Virus record (IMG/VR): IMGVR_UViG_3300032294_003431
Span: 1-30,175 of that record
From: a virus
Taxonomy: Duplodnaviria; Caudoviricetes
Strand: one strand, 5' to 3'
DNA length: 30,175 bases
The notes under the pieces are model-generated. The model saw only the letters and a list, made by a program, of their open reading frames with translations, was not told the DNA's origin and made no database searches. Shown piece after piece: positions 18,601 through 27,074 of this stretch (position 1 is its first letter; each line of letters starts with the position of its first letter). The position numbers were made by a program, and so were the translations under genes.

Positions 18601-18666
18601 GATTTTAAAAAAGCATATAACCTTGCAGATAAGTTTACAAATATATTGAGAAAATACAATGTTTAA
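15652..18666 (+). CDS. Large protein (1004 aa) with N-terminal TSWCI (PcfJ-like?) domain and C-terminal tag
   Basis: DTSWCI.Y.G.NNMWQSYR block shared with next gene; ends KSMVKIAQKLDFKKAYNLADKFTNILRK. Confidence 0.85.
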   Translation: MKRYSFRIITAGIKEDILGICNFLNKDAEYYQDLRETVKQYDQKYQVFAAWLLARNIEPNEYIEAIQKYIDSRRITKFSVSAKAVKINDEVFDDAIKLTEYIHANFPILEVEERVENTEIEDVPVVANKDNSIRIFEINNANDGRRLVGDDTSWCIGYKGPNNMWQSYRDSHDASFFVVFDNNPPTENQRKVAIDFASENVLLTDIPNITGHQLTNGWDWDRYSEYLSSKGINLQATRQNPETGQEELILKNKPKTTEERLQDATFNYIAALGVEDILLWQSGKSKVNGEDRNIEKIDKDSLDIIEEISSRSGIAYIVNNRDAKFYTSRWMGLGKRVKDEVLEYLSQSVGGEDLLMKYVNTGLQLSETQYQFFRKNKSLLTSYLRSQIIAGRRFSPLMQIDLINSNRKDLFQQLIEKQGGINEVAKPTLEEKPDFLRIYLETLIENNNLQTGARSDLSDAELLLKLNDRDLLIKYISTVKTFVPNGIRNFIFEDPKFPELYLLYAKNRLTDKDLVDFTSAFPKQDLKNVVLQSGDKSLIKEVAMATGFNEEDFEKAKELGVLEEVKYSILCPKPSEKIAKYYNPNDPFDLSLITQIKDVDVLREFSFNNFDEYSETYHNDWSDNPTVNFAFDLKEHKQTILKDAHYAYKNNPEEIVPNNANQTLLWAIYNDGKLFKKFEELEMSDEAKENFRDAIQEFQNAIQDINFWKNFFKNIDHFADWIGSNLNFNQNDFANILKFIPQEFLEDPEIKEFLQRNMNSISAKNFMHNIDIEKTPWLYEDYINQFLDGERNVRSEFYRVLYRGRSYAFEFLSKILEKRKFSDEEIDSFNNFTPDIMLEFLDIYTHHYPEVKEDPNFYNLGIFSYFRNRPNLNHQLHLLRNYPKYFETRILEGDVYRNILPEIRAALVHMYPNLAPIILEYERKSKYGLGYFDEETGQVLKGQRPTPPGTQKELPDPFASEEPEEEETTTAFVKSMVKIAQKLDFKKAYNLADKFTNILRKYNV

Positions 18667-21463
18667 TAATCGTATAGTAATAGCAAATAAAGAATTATTC
18701 ATTTCAATTTTCAAGTCTGTTGGAAAAGATTATAACAGCTATAAAGAAATTGTAAATAAATATAATTCAGTATTTAAGCCTCTTGCTGCTTGGATGTTGG
18801 CAAGAGATTCTGATGAAAATGCTATTAACGATATTGTTAGTCATTTAACCCAATATATAAATCGTAAAAAATTAAATCCGGCCAATATCAAAGTATCTAA
18901 AAGTTTTGTTGTTATAAATGACAATCAATTTGATGACTTGATGGCACTTATTGATTTTGTTCACGGCAATTTTCCAATAGCAAAAAAACAAGAAGAAAGA
19001 GTAGAACAATCTGAAACAGATCATACTCCTATCCTCACTGGCGATGGAATTAAGGTTTTCAAAGTAGAAAAAGCTCAAGATAGCAAACAATTAGCAGCAG
19101 ATACTTCTTGGTGTATTGCTTATCCAGGCGAAAATAATATGTGGCAAAGTTATAGAAGCAATCAAGCTGCTACATTTTATATTGTATGGGACGAAAATCC
19201 ACCCACTCCTAATCAAAGAAAAGTGGCTCTGCAATTTAATAATAACAACGTTCAAATTACTGATATTGTTAACAGAACAGGCTCAAATTTAACTAACGAC
19301 ATTACTTTCCAATATGAGGGAAGGACTATTACAGGCAGAGATATTCCTACTTATTTAACATATTTAAAAAGTAAAGGTGTCAACATAGATGCTACAACAA
19401 CTAATCCTGAAACTGGCGAAGAAGAAAAAATATTAATAAATAAACCACTTACACCAGAAGAAAAATTAGAAACTGGTTTAGGTAATTACGTTAAACGCCA
19501 AGATATAAATGTTGATGATGTAAAAAGTTGGTCTACTGGGAAATTTGTCTTAAGAAGCACTACAAAAGATGGATTTATCAAAGACAATGGAGATAATACT
19601 TATGTACTTTCTAATCAAAGGTATGTAGTAAAACCAATTGAAATCCCTGAAGAAATGATTGCTGAAAAAACGCATTTAGGCAAAAGTGCAGGAATGTTGC
19701 CTTCAGATTCAACGGCTCATTTATTAGAGTCTATAACCATTGAATCAGATAGCGTCAAAACATATCTTTCCAAATTCATCGGTATGGGTTGGATATTACC
19801 CAATGATATTTTTGAATATTTATTTGATGTTCCTGGTGGTAAAGATTATTTAATTCAATATGTAAATACTGGATTAGAATTACCTCGCACTCAAAGAGAA
19901 AAAATAAAAACCAATAATCAATTATTCAATTCATACGTCAAGCAACAATTATCTGCTTGGGAATTGGGACATAATAATGGTGAGATATTAGAATATCTCG
20001 ACCCTAACAACCCTAGTGATAAAGAAAAAGTTTTAAAAGCATTTTCTAAAACCAAAAATTTTAGTGGAATTCCTCAAAATTGGAAAGAGAATGTACCTCA
20101 AATTGGAGTATCTGTTGCTACCGCTGGCGATGATTTTAATTTCAATGATCCTTTTGCTGAAAAATTAGCTATTGCTAAAGGTTTGTTTAAAGTTTATCAA
20201 AAAAATCCAACTTTAGAAAATACAAGAATTTATCTACATACTCCAGAAGCTATTGAACCTTTAAGAGCACAAGCAGAAGCAGATGGATATAATGCTGAAG
20301 TTCTTAATTCTCCAAGTAGTTTTGCTTCATTTGCTGGAAGATTTAGATTAATTCCTGATGAATTTAAGAATCTTCCTGAATTTTATGAAATATCTAAAAT
20401 TGCAGTAGCTTCTTACAAAACAAGACTTGACTTTATTCAAAAAATTAGAACTAAAGATGAATCTGAATTAACTCAAGATGATTTAGAAACTGGTGTTGCA
20501 TTAGTTTTAGTAACTGGGCAAGGTGTTCAATATACTGCATTAGAAAATTCTGGAAAATTCTGGAATTATTTATATGATAATTTTGAAAGATATTATAGTG
20601 GTAGATTTAGTAGAGTTGGATTAGAAAAGAGAGAAATTCCAGACGATGTTGATCAGGAAGATGAAGACTTCGATGAGGAAGAATATCCAACTTATGATGA
20701 CCCTGGTGAACAAAAATGGATAATTAATGCAAGTTTATCTAAAATTCCAAAATATGCATTAATAAATGATCCTGATTTAAGAGAAAAATTCTTAAATAGA
20801 TTTAGTCCAAAGCTTCTTGTCCATAAACTTTTAGAGTCTCCAAGTTCTGAAAAAGGGGCCAATATAGCTGCAGAATATATAAACAGTATCGAAGATCTTC
20901 CAATTTCGATAACAATGTACCTAACATTTAATAAAAATCCTATAACAGAAAAAATATTAAGAACGTCAAGTTTAGATGAATATAATAATTATATGAAAAA
21001 GAATCGTAGTCAATTAGATATAAGAGACTATGCAAGATTATTAAATTTTTATCCTTTTATTAGCGATCAAATTACAGACCAAATTTTATTGAACAGTTGG
21101 ACAAATTTTAAATATGCTACTCCTACTGAACAACTTGAAATATTTACAAATCTTATGAATGCAAGACCAGAATTTTTCAGAAAGCATTGGCAAGAATTAG
21201 ATTTATGGCCTGTTTGGATATCAGATTTAAAAGAAAAAAATATTATCAGCACACAAAATCCTCAACCAATTCAAGAAACTGATGAACAGATGCAAGAAAG
21301 CTTAAATAACGTATTTAAAAATATGTCTGCTTTACCTAATAATGAAGATGAAGATGTATTAGCTTCTGTCAAATCTATGCTAAAAATCGCTCAAAAATTG
21401 GATTTTAAAAAGGAATATAGGTTAGCAGATAAACTAACCTATATTTTAAGAAAAAAGATATAA
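18659..21463 (+). CDS. Large paralog (934 aa) of 15652..18666
   Basis: Shares AAW.LAR, DTSWCI, NPPT.NQRKVA, NPETG.EE.I..NKP.T.EE, YVNTGL blocks; ends KSMLKIAQKLDFKKEYRLADKLTYILRK. Confidence 0.85.
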   Translation: MFNNRIVIANKELFISIFKSVGKDYNSYKEIVNKYNSVFKPLAAWMLARDSDENAINDIVSHLTQYINRKKLNPANIKVSKSFVVINDNQFDDLMALIDFVHGNFPIAKKQEERVEQSETDHTPILTGDGIKVFKVEKAQDSKQLAADTSWCIAYPGENNMWQSYRSNQAATFYIVWDENPPTPNQRKVALQFNNNNVQITDIVNRTGSNLTNDITFQYEGRTITGRDIPTYLTYLKSKGVNIDATTTNPETGEEEKILINKPLTPEEKLETGLGNYVKRQDINVDDVKSWSTGKFVLRSTTKDGFIKDNGDNTYVLSNQRYVVKPIEIPEEMIAEKTHLGKSAGMLPSDSTAHLLESITIESDSVKTYLSKFIGMGWILPNDIFEYLFDVPGGKDYLIQYVNTGLELPRTQREKIKTNNQLFNSYVKQQLSAWELGHNNGEILEYLDPNNPSDKEKVLKAFSKTKNFSGIPQNWKENVPQIGVSVATAGDDFNFNDPFAEKLAIAKGLFKVYQKNPTLENTRIYLHTPEAIEPLRAQAEADGYNAEVLNSPSSFASFAGRFRLIPDEFKNLPEFYEISKIAVASYKTRLDFIQKIRTKDESELTQDDLETGVALVLVTGQGVQYTALENSGKFWNYLYDNFERYYSGRFSRVGLEKREIPDDVDQEDEDFDEEEYPTYDDPGEQKWIINASLSKIPKYALINDPDLREKFLNRFSPKLLVHKLLESPSSEKGANIAAEYINSIEDLPISITMYLTFNKNPITEKILRTSSLDEYNNYMKKNRSQLDIRDYARLLNFYPFISDQITDQILLNSWTNFKYATPTEQLEIFTNLMNARPEFFRKHWQELDLWPVWISDLKEKNIISTQNPQPIQETDEQMQESLNNVFKNMSALPNNEDEDVLASVKSMLKIAQKLDFKKEYRLADKLTYILRKKI

Positions 21464-21469
21464 TTTTAA

Positions 21470-23269
21470 TTATTCAAAATCATCTTCGAAAGGAATTTCT
21501 AAATTATCATCTTCAAGATCCTGTTGTTTCTTTCTATGTCTAGCTAAATTGAAAGATTCACCTTCTGGAAGATCTTGGAATGTTAATTGACCTGGATCTG
21601 TATATTGTGAGGTCAAGTGTCGCATTTGGGCTCTGTGTTGCCCCTCTTCAATAGTTGAAATTTCAGGAAGAATAAATTTAGTATTAAAAGTTTCTTCAAA
21701 TTTCTTTATTACTGGATGATCTTGATATGTCTCATAAATACGTTTAGCAATCTCTAGACGTAATTTATCTTCAGAGTTTCTCATCATCCGCATAGCTCTT
21801 TCACTAAACTGATCTGAATCACCAAAATGTTCATAATCTTCAGAGTCTGGTGTTCTAACATATTCTTCCCATTGAGAATAATGCTTTGCAAAACTATATA
21901 ACAAATCTAATAATGGATTACGTCCTATTATTTGTCTAATTCTTTCATATTTATAACTTTGAATATCTTCTTTTGTTAAATATCCACTTCTTCTAGCCAA
22001 ATACTCATCAGTTAAACTATCTTCTCTATCAACTATAGATTCTAATTGTTTGTATGCAATATCAACTATTGTTTCTGCTAAGTTTTCAAAATCATAATCT
22101 TCTAAGTCATAAACTTTTCCATATGTTCTTTTGCCATCAATAGCATCTTTGATTTCAGAAACAGTTTTATCGGCTAATTCATCAATGTCTAAATTTCTAA
22201 GATTATTTTCTTCAAATTCTTCTTGGTCTTTATTTTCCCAGGAACCTGAATGAATACCAAATCTTGAAAAATCTCCATCAGCTTCTTCATCATAATATCC
22301 TTCTAAATAAGGCCCATAAGCAAACTCGTGAATGCCATATTTAATTTCATCAGGACTATTTTCCCATTCAACTTCCCCAGGGTACCATTGCTCAGCTCGT
22401 TGATGGGTGTAGCTATCTCCAGCAGTTTTCTTTATATCGTCTCTACCCTCAAAAAACTCACTAATTTTTGCAACTTGATCGTCGTCTTCAATTTCAGAAT
22501 TACTTGGGCCTTTGATTTGTTTTATTGTTCCATCTCTACCAACTTCAATTGTTGCTTGTGGTTGATTGAATTTATTTCTTAAGGAGTATATTGTACAATC
22601 TCCAGATTCAACGTGTCTAGCATATGACCCAACACAGTGATGCATAAAGCTGCCTTCAACATCTAAATCATTAGGATCTTCTACTCTTACCATCATAGAT
22701 CCATCATCAAATCTATGAACAATCTTTTCATCAACTAATTGCCCAGTTTCATCTCTCTCGAATGGTAAATAGAATTTTCCAGAACCTCTTTGTGTCATAG
22801 CTCTGTGCCATTCATTTGAATCTTCGTATGCTTCTTCCAGTGATTTTGTCCCAATATTATAATTAGGATTATCTAAACTGTGAACTCTCCAAAAGTCGTG
22901 AATTTCATCTAGATTGTCTTTAATATCACGTAATTCTTTATTGTAATTCCATCTGTCATCGTATGGATCATCATTTAATTTGTTAGCTCTTTGAAGTTTA
23001 TATTGATACAAGGCCCAACTTTGAAATCTTGGATCATAATCTTGAACAAGTTGCTTTTCAGTTCCAGATGGCTTGTATCCTGATTCAAATAAACTTTTCA
23101 AATCATCTATCATCATTGAAGGATTCTGATTTAATGCACCAATTGCTTTACCTTTTTTATCATTAGGTAAAGAGTGTACAAACTGAATAATCTGATCACT
23201 AACACCTTTTGATTGTAAGGCGTTGATTGCATCTTCTATTGCTGCTAAAATTGTTCTGCTATACCACAT
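21470..23269 (-). CDS. PcfJ-like domain protein with MWY tag
   Basis: LDVEGSFMHHCVGSY...IYSLR...PQATIEV...QIKGPSN matches the PcfJ pattern; preceded by EWH; acidic C-terminal half. Confidence 0.8.
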   Translation of the reverse strand: MWYSRTILAAIEDAINALQSKGVSDQIIQFVHSLPNDKKGKAIGALNQNPSMMIDDLKSLFESGYKPSGTEKQLVQDYDPRFQSWALYQYKLQRANKLNDDPYDDRWNYNKELRDIKDNLDEIHDFWRVHSLDNPNYNIGTKSLEEAYEDSNEWHRAMTQRGSGKFYLPFERDETGQLVDEKIVHRFDDGSMMVRVEDPNDLDVEGSFMHHCVGSYARHVESGDCTIYSLRNKFNQPQATIEVGRDGTIKQIKGPSNSEIEDDDQVAKISEFFEGRDDIKKTAGDSYTHQRAEQWYPGEVEWENSPDEIKYGIHEFAYGPYLEGYYDEEADGDFSRFGIHSGSWENKDQEEFEENNLRNLDIDELADKTVSEIKDAIDGKRTYGKVYDLEDYDFENLAETIVDIAYKQLESIVDREDSLTDEYLARRSGYLTKEDIQSYKYERIRQIIGRNPLLDLLYSFAKHYSQWEEYVRTPDSEDYEHFGDSDQFSERAMRMMRNSEDKLRLEIAKRIYETYQDHPVIKKFEETFNTKFILPEISTIEEGQHRAQMRHLTSQYTDPGQLTFQDLPEGESFNLARHRKKQQDLEDDNLEIPFEDDFE

Positions 23270-23664
23270 TATGTTTTACTCAATATATTGTTTAAATGTT
23301 TATGTAATTCTGGTTCTATTTTAGAAAGAGTTTTGATATCATTTCTATTGTCATTTATCTGGTCATAATGATCTCGATAAATATTAATCATATTTACGAA
23401 TGAAGACTGGTCCATTTTATAATCAGGGTCATTAATAATAGTATCAAGCATAATTTTTGATTGTGCATGATCAAATAACAATGGATCTATTACCATTTGT
23501 TGTAAATAGATTTTTGAATCTTTGCCAAATCTATCGTCTATTTCTTGTGTAGATTCACCCATGAAATTCTTTTTCATAGGCATTCTATTTTTATAATCTT
23601 TTTGTTGCTGAAAAGGATATCTGTAAAAAGGAACAGACATATCTTGAGCAAGTCGATACCACAT
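23269..23664 (-). CDS. Hypothetical protein with MWY tag
   Basis: Starts MWYRLAQ; TAA-ATG and TAATG junctions with neighbours. Confidence 0.8.
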   Translation of the reverse strand: MWYRLAQDMSVPFYRYPFQQQKDYKNRMPMKKNFMGESTQEIDDRFGKDSKIYLQQMVIDPLLFDHAQSKIMLDTIINDPDYKMDQSSFVNMINIYRDHYDQINDNRNDIKTLSKIEPELHKHLNNILSKT

Positions 23665-24303
23665 TTATCTACCAGTTCCAGACAACATTTGAACAAGTTG
23701 TTGTTGAGATAAAAAGCCTGGATTATTTTTTAATTGATTGTAAAGATTTTTTGCTTGTTGATTTTGATTTATAGGTTGACCATTATAAGTCCCACCTTGA
23801 TTAGCATACATATCCATTGTTTGTGCTAAATCAGATAAATTATTTTGTTGACCAAATTGAATTAAATTATTAACAAATTGCTGAGGTGTTGTAGAAACTA
23901 ATAAAGGATCATTATATCTTCCTTGATATTGTTGATATTCAGGAGTGTTCATGACTAAGTTTCTTAATCCTCTACCAAAAGCTCGTTGTCTATCTACAAA
24001 TCTTTTGCTTCCCAGATCAATTCCAAAAGGTCCCATCACTCTTGTTTCTTGATTTGATAATCCAGGTATAAGACTAGCTCCACTCGGAAGTCTCATCTTA
24101 GTATTTTTCAAAAAATTATCCATGCTATTTCCAGTTTGATCAAGACCAAAGTAACTTCTATTAAATTGAGCTACAATAGTTTTGTCATTTACTGAAATAT
24201 TTTGAGCAATCTTGTCAATTTTATCAGCAAGGGCAAAATGATTTTTCTCATCCAATAATTTAGCAATTCTTAATAATTTATCAGCACTCATATTCTTTCT
24301 CAT
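23665..24303 (-). CDS. Tagged Q/N-rich hypothetical protein
   Basis: N-terminus DKLLRIAKLLDEKNHFALADKIDKIAQ; start could be the second Met (24291). Confidence 0.8.
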   Translation of the reverse strand: MRKNMSADKLLRIAKLLDEKNHFALADKIDKIAQNISVNDKTIVAQFNRSYFGLDQTGNSMDNFLKNTKMRLPSGASLIPGLSNQETRVMGPFGIDLGSKRFVDRQRAFGRGLRNLVMNTPEYQQYQGRYNDPLLVSTTPQQFVNNLIQFGQQNNLSDLAQTMDMYANQGGTYNGQPINQNQQAKNLYNQLKNNPGFLSQQQLVQMLSGTGR

Positions 24304-24349
24304 TAAAGTGATACAAATATTAGGTTCTTATAAAAAAAGAAACCCCCCT

Positions 24350-24712
24350 TTATTGGAGAGCTTCTTTTTCACATAACCAAAGATAATTATTAATTTTTTG
24401 CACTACATCACAACTTGTTTCGTAAAATCCACCTAATGAATTTTCCACTTCCATATGTAAATCAAGTTCAGCAATTATATTTGATATGCATTTATGAGAA
24501 ATAAATGATCCTTTGGGCTGCCATATATTGTCTATTTTTTCGTACTTATCAAATTCAAATTCTAATAAAAATTCTTCCATAAGTTCATTGAAATTTATCT
24601 TCGATCTATCCAATCTTTGAGTTTTCAATAATTCATAAAAATCTTTGTCAGAGAAACATCTATTATTTTCAACCATACATTCAATGAAAACTACAGCAAA
24701 GAATTCTTCCAT
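24350..24712 (-). CDS. Hypothetical acidic protein
   Basis: 120-aa ORF overlapping the end of the ART gene. Confidence 0.7.
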   Translation of the reverse strand: MEEFFAVVFIECMVENNRCFSDKDFYELLKTQRLDRSKINFNELMEEFLLEFEFDKYEKIDNIWQPKGSFISHKCISNIIAELDLHMEVENSLGGFYETSCDVVQKINNYLWLCEKEALQ

Positions 24713-25773
24713 AAATTAATTCTACCACTATTAGCAGTGATAACAGGATTGCTTGGATCAAACTCAATATTTTCTCTAGCGTGTTTTATGTTTTCAGGAT
24801 CCCAAGTGATGTAATGTTTGATTGGGTTTTCTTGAGAGTACATTCTAAAAAATTGGTTAGGGTCCATGATAATGCTGTCAAACCCTAATGAATTTAAAAA
24901 TCTTTGAATAATTTCACCCTTATAATCTGATTCTTCATCAATGTCAAAAGTTGCTAAAGATCCTTTAAGATTATCCATCATCATAACCGAGGAAACTACA
25001 CCATCGTTAGATCCAGTTGTAAATTGAATTAAATCTTCACAAATTTGAAATGCTCTATCTGTATCCATATAATCTATCAAAATATTGTAAAGTTTTGAAA
25101 TAACTGTCTTGTAAGAATTATTGTCAGACTCATCAATATAATTATCATTCAAGAACTCTAATGTCTCATTTGTATCATCAACAAAAGTTTTTTCTGGATG
25201 CTCTTCATCATTTTCAGAAGTTAAATGAATTGGATTTTTCATCCTTAAGTGAGCTGGAATTACTCTTGGCTTATTAGAACCTAAAACAGTATCAGTTGCA
25301 ATTTTTTCTACTAAGTATTGAAGGCTTGCAACAGTGCCATCTTCATTAAAATAAGGGCGATATCTTGGATCATCACCATATAAGTTCCATAAATAGAATT
25401 GATCTTCATCATTTTCATCAATCAATTTATATTCTAGCTCTGAAATTTTTCCTTTTTGGTCAGGTCCAGAACCAGTGTAATTTTGTGTGGCATCTTGCTC
25501 ATCACTAGTGAAATAAAATCCTTGACCAAAAGCATTAGATGAGACACCTTTATTGATATCAAATTGGTCAAATTCGTGTGTGGTACCATGATATACAGGC
25601 ATCTCTGGCACATAATGATCTTTTGACCAATCACTAAAGAATAAACTTTTAGGTTCTTTTTGTGTTTCAAAAAGTTCTTCAGGTTTCAATTCTGGTCTTT
25701 CTTCTTTTTTAGGTGAAGATCTTTCTACATCTAAACCAGGGAGTTGTAATTGTTGTGCTAATCTATACCACAT
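24691..25773 (-). CDS. ADP-ribosyltransferase-like protein (ART-PolyVal type) with MWY tag
   Basis: VYHGT..F..F, GQGFYFT, VIPAHLRMKNP, GFDSII, WDPENIK..NIEFD pattern; starts MWYRLAQQ. Confidence 0.8.
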   Translation of the reverse strand: MWYRLAQQLQLPGLDVERSSPKKEERPELKPEELFETQKEPKSLFFSDWSKDHYVPEMPVYHGTTHEFDQFDINKGVSSNAFGQGFYFTSDEQDATQNYTGSGPDQKGKISELEYKLIDENDEDQFYLWNLYGDDPRYRPYFNEDGTVASLQYLVEKIATDTVLGSNKPRVIPAHLRMKNPIHLTSENDEEHPEKTFVDDTNETLEFLNDNYIDESDNNSYKTVISKLYNILIDYMDTDRAFQICEDLIQFTTGSNDGVVSSVMMMDNLKGSLATFDIDEESDYKGEIIQRFLNSLGFDSIIMDPNQFFRMYSQENPIKHYITWDPENIKHARENIEFDPSNPVITANSGRINLWKNSLL

Positions 25774-26543
25774 TAGGAGATCGTGTCCTTTACTTTTTCT
25801 ACTCTATTTGTCCAACCTGCTCCATAAGTTTTAGCTTGCTCGTCTTTTTGATATCTTTCTATTTGCTTATTAAGGATAGCTTTGGCAAAATTAGCATCAC
25901 CCGATTTAGATTTTTCCCAAATTTTTGCCATAGTTGCAGGTCCCATAATTCCATCAACAGGCTGAACGCCAAGCATTTTTTGAACAAACTTTATAGAATC
26001 TTGTGGACCATCTGTGAGAGCCATAGATAAGATTGCATTAGAGACATTTCTAGGCAATTGATCGCCTTTTATTAAATTCCAATATCCTTCTTTGAATATT
26101 TGCTTTGCTGTATTTTGATTTATAGTAAAAACATCTCTTCTTGGCAAATTATGTTTTTTATTCCAAGCATCAAATTCTCTTTGAGTGACTCCATAATTAG
26201 TTCTTCCACCTCGATCTGTGCTTTCATCAGTTTTACCACCCTCTAAATTAAGCATCAGATCTATAGACTTGTTGAAATTACCTGTTGGAACTTTTGGAAC
26301 ATTTGCTGGAATAGTGACTTTTTGTAAACCTAAAGGAAATGATAAAGGCTTAGTTAATCTTAAATTTGCTTTTGGAACTGGCTGCTGTTGTTGTAATAAT
26401 TTTTTATTATAAGTTTCAACATCCATATTATATTGATCAACATCGGAAATTTGTGCTTTTTTTATCAATAGTTCATCGACAAAATCAGCCATTTCATAAT
26501 CGCCAAGTTCATCAAAAATATTTGCTGCAAATCTTAAGTTCAT
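25773..26543 (-). CDS. GH108 N-acetylmuramidase (lysozyme) with N-terminal tag
   Basis: LEGGKTDESTDRGGRTNYGVTQ (EGG..D...D.GG.T.YG), VDGIMGPAT and GWTNRV; start reassigned to ATG 26543 (MNLRFAANIFDELGDYEMADFVDELLIKKAQ). Confidence 0.9.
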   Translation of the reverse strand: MNLRFAANIFDELGDYEMADFVDELLIKKAQISDVDQYNMDVETYNKKLLQQQQPVPKANLRLTKPLSFPLGLQKVTIPANVPKVPTGNFNKSIDLMLNLEGGKTDESTDRGGRTNYGVTQREFDAWNKKHNLPRRDVFTINQNTAKQIFKEGYWNLIKGDQLPRNVSNAILSMALTDGPQDSIKFVQKMLGVQPVDGIMGPATMAKIWEKSKSGDANFAKAILNKQIERYQKDEQAKTYGAGWTNRVEKVKDTIS

Positions 26544-26568
26544 ATATTTATCTCTGTACAAATTATCT

Positions 26569-26940
26569 ATGCTTAAAAAATCTTGTACTATCCAAGAACC
26601 ATTTTCCGCAAATAAGATGTATGCTCCTGTTGCTCGTGGAAAAATGGTAAAAAGCAAAAAATATAATGATTGGATCGAAAAGAACATTTCAATCATCAAA
26701 GATAATTTATTACCAGCAACAAATTATCCAATAGAAATAGAAATTCTTATTCTTGCTGACACTCAATGGAAAATGAGAAGCGATCCAGATAATATTGTGA
26801 AACCAATAGTTGATCTACTTGTAAGAGCAGAAATAATTCCTGATGATACAAGTAGATTTGTTGAATCAGTCAAAGTAAGATATTTGCAAGGTTTCGGATC
26901 TCCCACCACTTGCATTTCTTACTCTATTGTTGATAATTAA
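26569..26940 (+). CDS. rusA: RusA-like Holliday junction resolvase
   Basis: PFSANKMY and RSDPDNIVKPIVDLL...IIPDD carry the D.DN..K...D...DD catalytic pattern. Confidence 0.8.
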   Translation: MLKKSCTIQEPFSANKMYAPVARGKMVKSKKYNDWIEKNISIIKDNLLPATNYPIEIEILILADTQWKMRSDPDNIVKPIVDLLVRAEIIPDDTSRFVESVKVRYLQGFGSPTTCISYSIVDN

Positions 26941-27044
26941 AAACTTGACCAAGCTAAAAGAAAAATTGGAACGAAAATTGCAAGTAATGTCAATATTGCC
27001 ATTATGCAAATTATCATCTCCGTTGGTGATAATTTAAACTTCAT
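26937..27044 (-). CDS. Unlisted 35-aa pilin-helix-like membrane peptide
   Basis: Manual translation MKFKLSPTEMIICIMAILTLLAIFVPIFLLAWSSF; GGAGGG RBS 7 nt upstream. Confidence 0.7.
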   Translation of the reverse strand: MKFKLSPTEMIICIMAILTLLAIFVPIFLLAWSSF

Positions 27045-27074
27045 AAGAATACCCTCCGAGGTAATATTCTAATT

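Noticed and set aside
5774-26650. Nested or antisense ORFs (5774..6163, 9198..9380, 11585..11788, 12004..12186, 13195..13431, 13253..13465, 14320..14520, 15147..15485, 15287..15469, 15532..15747, 15786..16076, 16965..17270, 18462..18659, 18872..19090, 21067..21252, 22328..22582, 25434..25670, 25713..26030, 26218..26412, 26366..26650)
   Set aside because: They lie within longer motif-bearing genes or AT-rich regulatory gaps, show F/S/I/L-rich shadow composition, and have no initiation signals.
26544-26699. 52-aa N-terminal extension of the GH108 ORF in the ORF track
   Set aside because: It overlaps the RusA-like gene on the opposite strand; the tag motif begins at ATG 26543.
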